From: the human T2T-CHM13v2.0 reference genome, Homo sapiens | Strand: one strand, 5' to 3' | Length of the DNA: 64,000 nt | Assembly (NCBI RefSeq): GCF_009914755.1 | Contig: NC_060931.1 | Shown here: positions 49,921-64,000 of the stretch, piece by piece | Position numbering within the stretch: position 1 is the stretch's first letter | Layout: every line of letters starts with the position of its first letter | Position numbers and translations under genes: made by a program | Notes under the pieces: generated by a model | Told to the model about the DNA's origin: nothing | The model's database searches: none | Seen by the model: the letters and a program-made list of their open reading frames with translations, nothing else

Positions 49921-50142
49921 AGGGTGTGGGTGCCACAGCGCAGTCTTTCTGCTGCTGCACGTGTGAAATGTCTCATTCTGAAACGGCAAAATGTGGGGAG
50001 CGTCCAGCCCCGCCCTGGGGCGATGGCTAAGAGGGCTGCTGTGTGACTCTCCTGTTTTCTTCTGGCTCCCAACGACCCTTCACAATAAGTCAAGGGAGTG
50101 GAATGGCTGAAAGGCACCCTAGAGAGAACAGTCTCTCTGGGG

Positions 50143-50157
50143 GAGATGAGTCATCTC
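50143..50157. promoter_or_regulatory. AP-1 site in an extended palindrome gagaTGAGTCAtctc (second TGAGTCA at 50408)
   Basis: Consensus TGAGTCA at 50147-50153. Confidence 0.4.
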
Positions 50158-50484
50158 TGAACTGCTTTTATTTTTAAGTGGAGGCTCTCCTGGGTGAGGC
50201 TGGTGGAAATCGAGGCGCTTCCCCACAAGCAGGTGCGGCTGTGGACCCAAGCCTGTTTGGGGAATCATGAGTGGAGAGGACCCCACCCTTCAGGCCTGGC
50301 GGAGGATAGCCCCCCTCCCAACGCTGATCGGGGCCCACCCCTGGCTGGTGGGGGACTCCCATGCCAGGCGGCGGAGGCCCAGTGGGGCTGGGGCTGGGCC
50401 TGGGCTCTGAGTCACTGCCAGGAGGAGAGGCACCCAAGTGAGCCCCCGGCCGGGGATGGTGCGTGAGAACCAGCAGGCTGAACC

Positions 50485-50982
50485 TCGGATTTGGGGGTCA
50501 TGCCCGGCCTCTGGGATTTGGGGGTCACGCCGGGCCTCGGATTTGGGGGTCACGCCCGACCTCTGGGATTTGGGGGTCACGCCCGACCTCTGGGATTTGG
50601 GGGTCACGCCCGGCCTCTGGGATTTGGGGGTCACGCCCGACCTCTGGGATTTGGGGGTCACGCCCGGCCTCTGGGATTTGGGGGTCACGCCCGACCTCTG
50701 GGATTTGGGGGTCACGCCCGGCCTCTGGGATTTGGGGGTCACGCCCGGCCTCTGGGATTTGGGGGTCACGCCCGGCCTCTGGGATTTGGGGGTCACGCCC
50801 GGCCTCTGGGATTTGGGGGTCACGCCCGGCCTCTGGGATTTGGGGGTCACGCCCGGCCTCTGGGATTTGGGGGTCACGCCCGACCTCTGGGATTTGGGGG
50901 TCATGCCCGGCCTCTGGGATTTGGGGGTCACGCTGCACATCTGGGATTTGGGGGTCATGCCCGGCCTCTGGGATTTGGGGGT
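50485..50982. repeat. VNTR, 27-bp unit tctgggatttgggggtcacgcccg(g/a)cc, about 18 copies, ADAP1 intron 1
   Basis: Tandem copies; 9-aa periodicity in the ORF track. Confidence 0.96.
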
Positions 50983-51309
50983 TTTCTGTCACAGCTGTTA
51001 GGCTCCCTGATTAATGAAGCCTGTCTCCCCATTAACGTGGGCTTCTTGAGGACCCCAGACCCAGCACCCCCGGATCTGGCACAGAGCTCAGTCCGGAGCA
51101 GGTCTCCACGGGAGTCATGAATGAAGGGGCCACTAACAGCCCTACTTCAGCAGAGCCCCTGTCTTCGAGAGAGACCACAGGCTTTCTCCTCACCCCTCAG
51201 TCAGTCAAACATTTGCCCAAGTGACCCTGTCTCGGGTACCAGGAGTTTTGCCTGTGCTGAGTAGGGCGGCTTTTGGGAGAAAGAATGCGGTTACAGGATC
51301 AGCCGTTGT

Positions 51310-51645
51310 TTGGTTTTGCGGGGTTTTTTTTGTCTTGTATTGTATTGTTTTGTTTTGAGACAGGGTCTTGCCCTGTTGCCCAAGGTGGAGTGCAGTGGTG
51401 CAATCACAGCTCACAGCTCACTGCAGCCTCCAACGCCTGGGCTCAAGCGATCCTCCTGCCTCAGCCTTCCAAGTAGCTGGGACCGCAGGCATGCACCAGC
51501 ATACCCAGCTAATTTTTAAAATTTTTGGTAGAGATGAAGTCTCTCTATGTTGCCCAGCTTGGGCTTGAACTCCTGGGCTCAAGCGATCCTCCTGTCTTGG
51601 CCTCCTAAAGTGTTGGGATTACAGATGTGTGACGCCGTGTCTGGC
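51310..51645 (-). mobile_element. AluJ
   Basis: Reverse-complement Alu. Confidence 0.82.
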
Positions 51646-52254
51646 CTGCAAAGTATTTAGTTACACACACCCCTGGAGAACAGGTGGGGAAGAACCACAC
51701 TGAAGTCCCAGAAGAGAGAGACCTGACTCCCCCCGGGCTCCGTCTTCTCCCGAAGCCTTGGTGAAAGATGCCGCAAATGCTCGGTACGTGGCTGTGCGAG
51801 GGGCGCCCAGAAGGCACGCCAGTCTCCGGGCCTCGGTCTCCTCATCTGTCGGATGGGACAGCACGAGCCACTTACAGGGGTAGCAGGCAACATGAGCCCA
51901 GCTGGGAACATCACCGCTCGGGGTGCAGTGGGGGGCCCTCCTTCTCACCGCATGGCAATGCTGTTGGTTCTGCTCCGACAGTGTGGACCACGGACCCAGG
52001 CTTCCTGTCTCATGGCCTTTATCTGCCCATCTAGAAATTCTGAGGGAGGCTGAGCAACGGCCACCAACAGCTCCCGCCCAGCCCAGGGTCCAGAATGCCT
52101 GTGCCCACCTCCAACCTCACTCGGGTGCTCCGGGACAGGCTGTCCCTCTCCTGGCCTGGAAGGAGGCCTGTTCACAGAACCCAGGGAGCTGGGCCTGGAA
52201 GGAGGCCTGTTCATGGAACCCGTAGCAGGAGCTGGACTCTACGGCGTGGACCAG

Positions 52255-53030
<776 letters not shown>

Positions 53031-53494
53031 GAGGGAAAAATGGGGGTGGCACAGATGAGTGAGCCCAAGAAGGGCTTGTAAGTAGGACTGATAGCTTACA
53101 GCCATTACTAATATAGCCTATCTTTGACAAACCAGCTACAAGTGAGGCTAAGGAGTGGTTACAACCTGTCCCGACCTCTTGCAACTGGCACAAGGTCCCC
53201 CGGTGTAAAGTTAGAGGTTGTCTGATGCAAACCTGTCACATCCTCCTTGGTATTTGTGTGTGAGCATATACATACGTGCGTGCATACCCACAGACACAAC
53301 ATGAACAGCCTACTGGGGAGGGCTCAGGGAGTTAAATGTGAAGAAATAGAGACACCAGCCAGGTGTGGGTGCTCACACCTGTCATCCCAGCATTTTGGGA
53401 GATTGAGGTAGGAGGATCACTTGAGCCCAGGGGTGGAGGTTGCAGTGAGCCGAGATGGCACGACTACACTCCAGCCTGGGTGTCACAGACCCTG

Positions 53495-53495
<1 letters not shown>

Positions 53496-53535
<40 letters not shown>
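53496..53535. repeat. (CA)20 microsatellite at an Alu-fragment tail
   Basis: Seen directly. Confidence 0.95.
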
Positions 53536-53537
<2 letters not shown>

Positions 53538-53689
53538 ATGGAGACATGACCTTTTACATAAGAATCAAAAGACGAGAGCCAGTTAAATCAAGTGTGTTGG
53601 AGACAGGAGCAACACAAGGTTGTCACTGGTAGGGCAGGAAGTTTGTATCATTTTTAAAAAGCTTTTGTGGAGTTTTACTAGGATGACTA

Positions 53690-55433
53690 AAATTTAAAAG
53701 ATGGATACTACCAAGTGTTGATGAGGATACAGAGCAAGTGGAACTCTCATCCACTGCTGGTAGAAATACAAATTAGTCCAACCCACTCTGAAAACAGCTT
53801 GGCAGTTTCTTACATAAAGATATATCTCCCATATGACACAGCCACCCTACTCCTAGGAATTTACCCAAGGGAAATCAAAATGTAGGTCCATAAAAAGATG
53901 TACATCCAACAATATATAAAAAGAGTAATACACCATGATCAACAGGGGTTTTTACCAGTAATGCAAGGTTGGTTTAACATTTGACCATCAATCAATGTCA
54001 TTCACCATATTTACAGGTTAAAAAAGAAAAAACATACAATTGTTTCAATAGATGCAAAAAATGCTGGCAAAATGCAACATCCTGATAAAACTCTCAGAAA
54101 ACTAAGAATAGAGGGGAATTTCCCCAATTTGATATAGAGGATTCAACAGATGCAAAAAATGTTGGCAAAACGCAACATCCTGATAAAACTCTCAGAAAAC
54201 TAAGAATAGAGGGGAATTTCCCCAATTTGACATAGATGATTCAACAGATGCAAAAAATGTTGGCAAAATGCAACATCCTGATAAAACTCTCAGAAAACTA
54301 AGAATAGAGGGTAATTTCCCCAATTTGATATAGAGGATCTATGAAACATGTACAGCAAATGTCATATTCAAGGGAGAATGACTGACTGCTTTCCCCCAAG
54401 ATCAAGAACAGGACAAGAATGTCTGTTCTAACCACTCCTAGTCAACGTTGAGCTAGAGATTCTAGTCAGTGCAATAAGGCAATATAAAGAAATAAAAAGC
54501 ATCTAGATTGGAAAGGAAGAGCTAAAACTATCTTCATTAACAGACAACATGATTGTCTATGTAGAAAATAGAAAAGATTCTATTAAAAACAACTATGAGA
54601 ACTAACAAGTTTAGCAAGGTTGAAGGATACAAGATAAATATACAAAAATCTATTGTATTTCTATACACTAGCAACAAGCATTCAGAAATTGAACATTTAA
54701 AAATACCATTTATAATAGCATAAAATGTATGAAAGAGGGATAAATGTGATGAGAAATGAAACATAGGACACTGAAAACTACAAAATATTGCTCAGAGAAA
54801 TTAAAGAAGACCTACAGATTTTGGAAAGAGATAACGTTTTCGTGGGATGGGAGACTCAACATTAATAACACATATATTCTCTCCAAATTATAGATTCAAT
54901 GCCATCCCAATCAGAATTTCAACAGGATTTTAAAAATAGAAATGAACAAGCTGATTCTAAAATTCATATGTAAATGCAAAGGACCTAGAATAGCTAAAAC
55001 AACTTAGAAAAAAAAGACAAGGACGGGGAACTAACACTACTTGTTTTCAGAACTCATTAAAAAATTACAGTTATCAAGACAGTGTGGTGGTGTTGGCACA
55101 AAAACGGATAAACGGATCAATGGAACAGAATCGGGAATCTAGAAATAAACCCACACATATGTGGACAACTAATTATCGGCAAAGATATAAAGCCAGTTCT
55201 GGAGAGAGCGAACAATCTTTCCTACCAACGGTGCTGGAACAATCCGGTATCATCCACAACACAGTAAACAACCATCCCTCTCACCATATCCAAAAATTAT
55301 CCCCAAATGCATCATGGTGCTAAAGGTAAAACCTAAAGCCATAAAATTTTAAAAGAAAACAGGAGAAAAGTCTCCGTAACTTTGGGTTAGGCAAAGATTT
55401 TTTTCAGATACAACACCAAAGGCAGAATCCACT
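53690..55433 (+). mobile_element. L1M ORF2 fragments (a 3'-region piece followed by an RT-region piece) with an internal 98-bp triplication
   Basis: caccatgatcaacagggg...atgcaaggttggtttaacatt, tagattcaatgccatcccaatca, aatagctaaaacaa motifs; AT-rich. Confidence 0.85.
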
Positions 55434-56900
55434 GAGAGAGAGAGGAGGAGGAAGAGAGAGGAGGAGGAGGAAGAGAGGAGGAGGAAGGGAGAGAGGAGGA
55501 GGAAGGGAGAGAGGAAGAGGAAGAGAGAGGAGGAGGAGGAAGGGAGAGAGGAGGAGGAAGGGAGAGAGGAGGAGGAAGGGAGAGAGGAGGAGGAAGGGAG
55601 AGAGGAGGAGGAAGGGAGAGAGGAGGAGGAAGGGAGGAGGAGGAAGAGGAGGAAGGGAGAGAGGATGAGGAAGGGAGAGAGGAGGAGGAAGGGAGGAGGA
55701 GGAAGGGAGAGAGGAGGACGAAGGGAGAGAGGAGGAGGAAGGGAGAGAGGAGGAGGAAGGGAGGAGGAGGAAGAGGAGGAAGGGAGAGAGGATGAGGAAG
55801 GGAGAGAGGAGGAGGAAGGGAGGAGGAGGAAGGGAGAGAGGAGGAGGAAGGGAGGAGGAGGAAGGAAGAGAGGAGGACGAAGGGAGAGAGGAGGAGGAAG
55901 GGAGAGAGGAGGAGGAAGGGAGGAGGAGGAAGAGGAGGAAGGGAGAGAGGATGAGGAAGGGAGAGAGGAGGAGGAAGGGAGGAGGAGGAAGGAAGAGAGG
56001 AGGACGAAGGGAGAGAGGAGGAGGAAGGGAGAGAGGAGGAGGAAGGGAGGAGGAGGAAGAGGAGGAAGGGAGAGAGGATGAGGAAGGGAGAGAGGAGGAG
56101 GAAGGGAGGAGGAGGAAGGGAGAGAGGAGGAGGAAGGGAGGAGGAGGAAGGGAGAGAGGAGGACGAAGGGAGAGGAGGAGGAAGGGAGAGAGGAGGAGGA
56201 AGGGAGGAGGAGGAAGAGGAGGAAGGGAGAGAGGATGAGGAAGGGAGTGAGGAGGAGGAAGAGAGAGTAGGAGGAAGAGAGGAGGAGGAAGGGAGTGAGG
56301 AGGAGGAAGAGAGAGTAGGAGGAAGAGAGGAGGAGGAAGGGAGAGAGGAGGAGGAAGGGAGAGACGAGGAGGAAGGGAGGAGGAGGAAGAGGAGGAAGGG
56401 AGAGAGGATGAGGAAGGGAGAGAGGAGGAGGAAGGGAGTGAGGAGGAGGAAGAGAGAGTAGGAGGAAGAGAGGAGGAGGAAGGGAGAGAGGATGAGGAAG
56501 GGAGAGAGGAGGAGGAAGGGAGTGAGGAGGAGGAAGAGAGGAGGAGGAAGGGAGGGAGGAGGAAGGGAGAGAGGAGGAGGAAGGGAGAGAGGAGGAGGAA
56601 GAGAGGAGGAGGAAGAGAGGATGAGGAAGGGAGAGAGGAGGAAGGGAGAGAGGATGAGGAAGGGAGAGAGGAGGAGGAAGGGAGTGAGGAGGAAGGGAAT
56701 GAGGAGGAGGAAGAGAGGAGGAGGAAGGGAGCGAGGAGGAAGGGAGAGAGGAGGAAGGGAGAGAGGAGGACGAAGGGAGAGAGGAGGAGGAAGGGAGGAG
56801 GAGGAAGGGAGAGAGGAGGACGAAGGGAGAGAGGAGGAGGAAGGGAGGAGGAGGAAGGGAGAGAGGAGGAGGAAGAGAGAGAAGAGGAGAAAGAGAGAAA
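55434..56900. repeat. 1.47-kb polypurine repeat (gaggaggaggaagggaga)n with higher-order variants
   Basis: Almost purine-only on +. Confidence 0.96.
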
Positions 56901-56914
56901 TTGACCTCATCAGA

Positions 56915-57860
<946 letters not shown>

Positions 57861-59779
57861 TGAGACTCTGTTTTAAAGAAAGATTCAGACCCTGGGAGGG
57901 AAGAGCCCGGGGGGGTGACTCTGGGTGACTCTGGGCGATGTCTTAAGGCCTCTGGTCTCTGGGAGAGTGACCTCGGAAGCCCTTGAAGGCACTGAAATAG
58001 AAGGTGGCCTTCTGATTTGAGTATGCTGAAGCTCTGCAGGGTGGGCTCACGTGTGTGTGTGCAGGTGTGTGTGTGTGCAAGGAGATGGGGAGCTAGAGTC
58101 CCCCAGCTTCCAGTAAGGAAAAAGCCTGGCTGGTCCCCAAGGCAGAAGGGACGGGCTGACCCTTCTGTTTTCCAAGTGACTGAGGCTGGGCTGGGCAGGC
58201 CTCCTTCTCAGGCTGCTGGGCATGGCCAGGCCTGCCTGCATCCGCAAATGCCCGCAGCCCATCGGAGCGAAAAGGGGCGGGGCACGCACTCTCAGAGACC
58301 CTCCAGGGTGGAAGGGGAGCTGGTCTGACGCCCCAGCAGCAGGGCCCCCACAGGCCCACGCAGGAGAGCCTCTCCCTAAGCCTGGGCTGCACTCCAGCTG
58401 CCCCCTCCACTCGGGGCACTGAACCGTGGGGCCGGCCCTGCTTCTGCCCAGGACCACTTCTGGGTTCCCAGGACTGTGGAATTTTGTTCCAAAATGCCTG
58501 GAGTCAGCACCCACGGCCTGTGGTGCTCCCAGAACAGGCCACAAGGCCAGCAGGTACACACTGGGCCCAGGGGTGGCTGCGGCATGGCTGATGTGGTGGT
58601 GGAGATGGAGGCCCTGAGTGCCAGGTAGGGAGGGGCAGGCCCAAGACTCCAGCCCCCACAAACATCCAGGCTGCCAGCACCGTCTCCAGGAGCTGCCTCC
58701 TCCTCGGAGACTGCCCACAGCCGCCAGCCTCTTTCCCTCCCTCCTCCCAGCCCCGCTCTGCCCTACCTGCTCCCAGGACGCCCGAGGTGACTCAGCCGCT
58801 CACCATTTCCGGAGCTGGTCTGGGGCACCTGGGCAGGTGAGCCACATTCTTGGGCGGAGCCAGGTGGGGCAGGCGTGTCCCCCAAGCCAAGGCCCAGGCT
58901 GGGGCACGGGCAGGGGGAAGGGCAGTAGCCAAGCCTGTCCATGGGGCCCTGGTTCCAGAGACCTTTGCCCTCCCAAGGCTGACGCACAGCAGAGATCCCG
59001 GTGCAATCGAGGCCGGGTCGGACGCTGGCTCTGGCCAGGCACGCAAGGGGCAGCCGAGGTGGGAGGGTGCCCTTGTGGGAGGGGCTCCGGTGCCCACCAC
59101 CCTTCACAGCTACGTGAGGCGGGGCATGCATGGCTGTCCCCCAGGCACACAGCGCCCCACTCCACGCCGGGACCCAGGCCCCTCTCCAACTCCACCTCCG
59201 TGTTTTCCGCATATTGTCTCCCAGTTACCCGTGGCCCCTGCAGGGATCCAGGCTCCCGCCGGCCGGTGGATCCCCGCCAGCGAGGCAGTGACCTCTGGAG
59301 CTCCTGGGTGGGCTGGCAGCCCACACCTCCTCTCTGCCCAGGCCCCAGGCCCCCACCCCCTCACACTCACGGGCGGCCCTGGTCCCATTCCATTGTGAGG
59401 ATGGGGCCCTTTGGCCCTAGGAACAGGCCCTCCCAGGACCCAGATCCGCTGGCCCCTACCCGGTTCAGGGACACGTGCCCCTCTCCTGGATCCCTCCCAG
59501 CAGCACCCGGACACAGTCCATTTTCAGAATCCCCCAAGGACCCCCCCAGGCTCTGCCCTGCCCCTGCCCTCCCACCCTCTCTCCCTCCTGGTGCTCCAGC
59601 CCCATGGCGGGAACCCCACGGTGAAGGCCATCCCCAGTCCTCCCTGGACCCACCCTGTCCCGGAGCCCACTCTCTGGGGCCCCCACCCCGCGCCCCTCCA
59701 GGCTCTTCAGGGCCCTCGCACAGGGCCGACTCCTCTGCGGCCCATCTGGTCTCTCGGCTGTCAAACCCTATTTTTGGAA

Positions 59780-60360
59780 CTCGATAGAGGTGGTGGTTGA
59801 ACAGCATGGAGAACGTTCTAAATGCCACTGAATTTTCACTTTGAAATGATTAACCTGAGGCCGGGCGGGGCGGCTCACGCCTGCAATCTCAGCACCTGGA
59901 GAGGCCAAGGTGAACGGGTGGAGCCCAGGAGTTCGAGACCAGCCTGGGCAACATAGTGAGACACCGCGACTCCATCCTTATGAAAAAATTTTCTATAAAA
60001 GGTTAATTTTTCATATGAATTGCACCTCGATTTGGGGTTTTGTTTTTTTTCATTTTTTGTTTTTTTGAGAGAGGGTCTCTGTCACTCAGGCTGGAGTGCA
60101 GTGGTGCGATCATGGTTCACTGCAGCCTCGGCCTCCTGGGCTCAGGTAATCCTCCCACCTCAGCTTCCTGAGTAGCTGGGACCACAGGTGTGCACCACCA
60201 CATCTGGCTGATTTTTTGGTTTTTTTTTTTTTTTTTTTTTTTAGAGATGGGGGTCTCACCATGTTGGCCAGGCTGACCTTGAACTCCTGGGCTCAAGCAA
60301 TCCTCCCACCTCAGCCTCCCAAAGTACTGGGATCACAGGTGTGAGCCACCGCGCCTGACC
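59780..60360. mobile_element. L1MB 3' end with an inserted FLAM and an adjacent antisense AluJ
   Basis: aatgccactgaatt...cactt; Alu motifs. Confidence 0.7.
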
Positions 60361-61509
60361 TTGATTTTTTAAAAAAGGAGAGAGAGAGACATTCACACAC
60401 TGGCAACCCCTGTCTCTAGCTCGGGCCTCTTTCCTCCAGAGCTGCCCGTGTGGCTGCTGTCCCCTTGGCGGCCACCGTGGCTTCTCACAGAGCCTCACAT
60501 CGCAGGTCCCTCCCGTCTCCCTGGACACTGCTCCCACGTCCCCATCTCAGCGAGTGAGGTGCTGGCTAAAGGCCTGGGTGTCCTCATTTCTACTCTGCCC
60601 ACCACACCCCGACATCCCGTTGACCAGCAAATATTTCAAGACGATCCAGGCTTTGACCCTCCCCACACTCACGCCCCGCCCTAGGCCTAGCCACCGCCAC
60701 CCGGCCTCGGTCACTGCAGCAGCGTCCCACCCACCTCCCGCTCCCGCGCTGGCCCTACCTGCCCTGGACCCTGTGACGCGTCGTGGGCTGGGACACTCCT
60801 CGGCTCACAGAATTCCCATGGTTCCCATCCCACCCAGAGTCACAGCGCAGCCCTCACAGCGTCCCCCAGCCCTGCGTGGCCCCACAGCCACCTCTGACCC
60901 CGTCTCCCCGCCCTGGCTCTGGGCACACTGGCCTCACTTCTCCTTTGACCTGCGAGGTGCACGGCTGCCCCCACCCCCGACACCACCAGCCCCTTTACCC
61001 CACTCCCTCTTCCGGAGGGGCCGTCTCCCTCCTCCACTGAGGACCCAGCACTGCCAGGGACCTGCTCCTCACCCCACACCTTGGCCACCCCACGGCCTGC
61101 CCTGAACCCACTCTATTCCAGCTGGGCCTTTCCCGCTCACAACCCCCGAGCCCCAGCCCCCATCCTGAATCTGCAGGACCTGACCCAGCCATGTCTGTCC
61201 CTCCCTCCTCACCCCATGTCTGCCCTGCCCCCTTGCCCGGGTGGGATCCCAGGTCCATCAGTGCAATGCCCTCTGCCCCTCACCCCTCCCTCCATCATTC
61301 AGTACGGAGCCCACCTCTGTACCCACCGAGGCCTGAGCTTCTGAATGGAACACGCCCTGCAGAAGCGCTCCATGGTGGCCCGAGTTTCGGCTTCCCTCCC
61401 CGCCGGCCCATGGCCTGGCCTCGTCCTCCATGAGGAAAACAGTCACTTCCAAAGCCTTCCCCTGCATGCCAGGCCGAGCTCCCACTGCAGGTCTCTGCCC
61501 CGGTCTTAG

Positions 61510-61995
<486 letters not shown>

Positions 61996-62864
61996 CTCAC
62001 TCACAATTCTTACTCTACCCTCGGCCCTCCTTGTCCCCAAGTGCCATCACCATCTGTCTGTCTTTGTCTCCCCACCAAGGAACAGCAGATGCTGAGAGTG
62101 AAGGGCTGGTCTGGTCCGGTCTCCCTGAGCCCCAGTGACTGCACAGGGCAAGGCACTCAGTACATGTGTACGGAGCGGGGGAAGGCGCCTTGCCCGCCGG
62201 AGTCCAGGGTAGGGCACCACTGGAGTTCAGCCCTTGTGGGCCTCTGCCTCCCCCGGGCACATGAGCACATACCTCCTGGCCACACGGCCACGTGCCGCCT
62301 CAGCCACCTTGGACCCCACCAAGTCCCTTCCTGTTTCCTCATTCTTTCATTTGCAAAATGGGGCCATGCAGCCACCTGACGGGTGACGGGAGAAGCAGTT
62401 GGGGGATGCGGCTGGCTGCCAGGTACTGCCACAGAGCAAGGCTTGGCAAATGCCTCTGAGTCTAAAACGGCAGTGGCCTAGGAGCACAGGGCCTGGGGGC
62501 AGGGGCAGTGCCACACCTAACCTGAGATATGTCCAGAGCTGAGGTCTAGCTCACAGCATCTGTGCGTCGGGGAAGCTGGCTGCGGTCACGGCCGGTGCAG
62601 CGGCCCAAGGAGTCCACAAAGCAGTAACCTTGGCCCACACCACAGCTCCGGTGCATTTGGAGAGGGGGCCCAGTCTAGGCTGAAGTTGGGGGGAGCCTGG
62701 CCAGGGCCTGGGCACCAGGCGCAGGACAGAGGGAAAGGCCTCCAGCTCCTCCCAGCCCTGAGTGCCAGCTCATCGCCCACACCAGCCCTCCACACCCGGC
62801 CACAGGGCAGGCAGGCAGGAAGCGGGCACGTGTGACCTGCTGGCCTGTGGCTTGAGTGCAAAAC

Positions 62865-64000
<1,136 letters not shown>

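Overview
Human (primate) GC-rich, minisatellite- and Alu-dense genomic DNA, recognised from translated exons as the GET4-ADAP1 locus (7p22.3 by recall). On the + strand are the last five coding exons of GET4 (exons 5-9, stop at 7186-7188) and a 3'UTR with two AATAAA signals. On the - strand, convergent with GET4, are ADAP1/centaurin-alpha1 exons 2-11 (ArfGAP + 2 PH domains; exon 1 lies beyond the window end), plus a candidate internal first exon (MVLASLE) that would give a 279-aa GAP-less isoform. Introns hold about 10 VNTRs, two kilobase-scale and two smaller purine/pyrimidine tracts, many Alus, old L1M pieces, MLT1 LTRs, MER58A and MIRs. There is no prokaryote-type system here, and nearly all long ORFs in the track are repeat artefacts. 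The most interesting signal is that several tandem repeats spell out splicing signals on the sense strand of their host gene. These are about 20 tandem consensus 5' splice sites in GET4 intron 6, a tandem branch-point + acceptor array with an AG on/off switch in ADAP1 intron 2, and a roughly 2.85-kb AG-free pyrimidine zone ahead of ADAP1 exon 5 with a consensus branch point at its far end. The motifs are seen directly, but their function is inference. Repeat-family names and boundaries were assigned by eye and are approximate.
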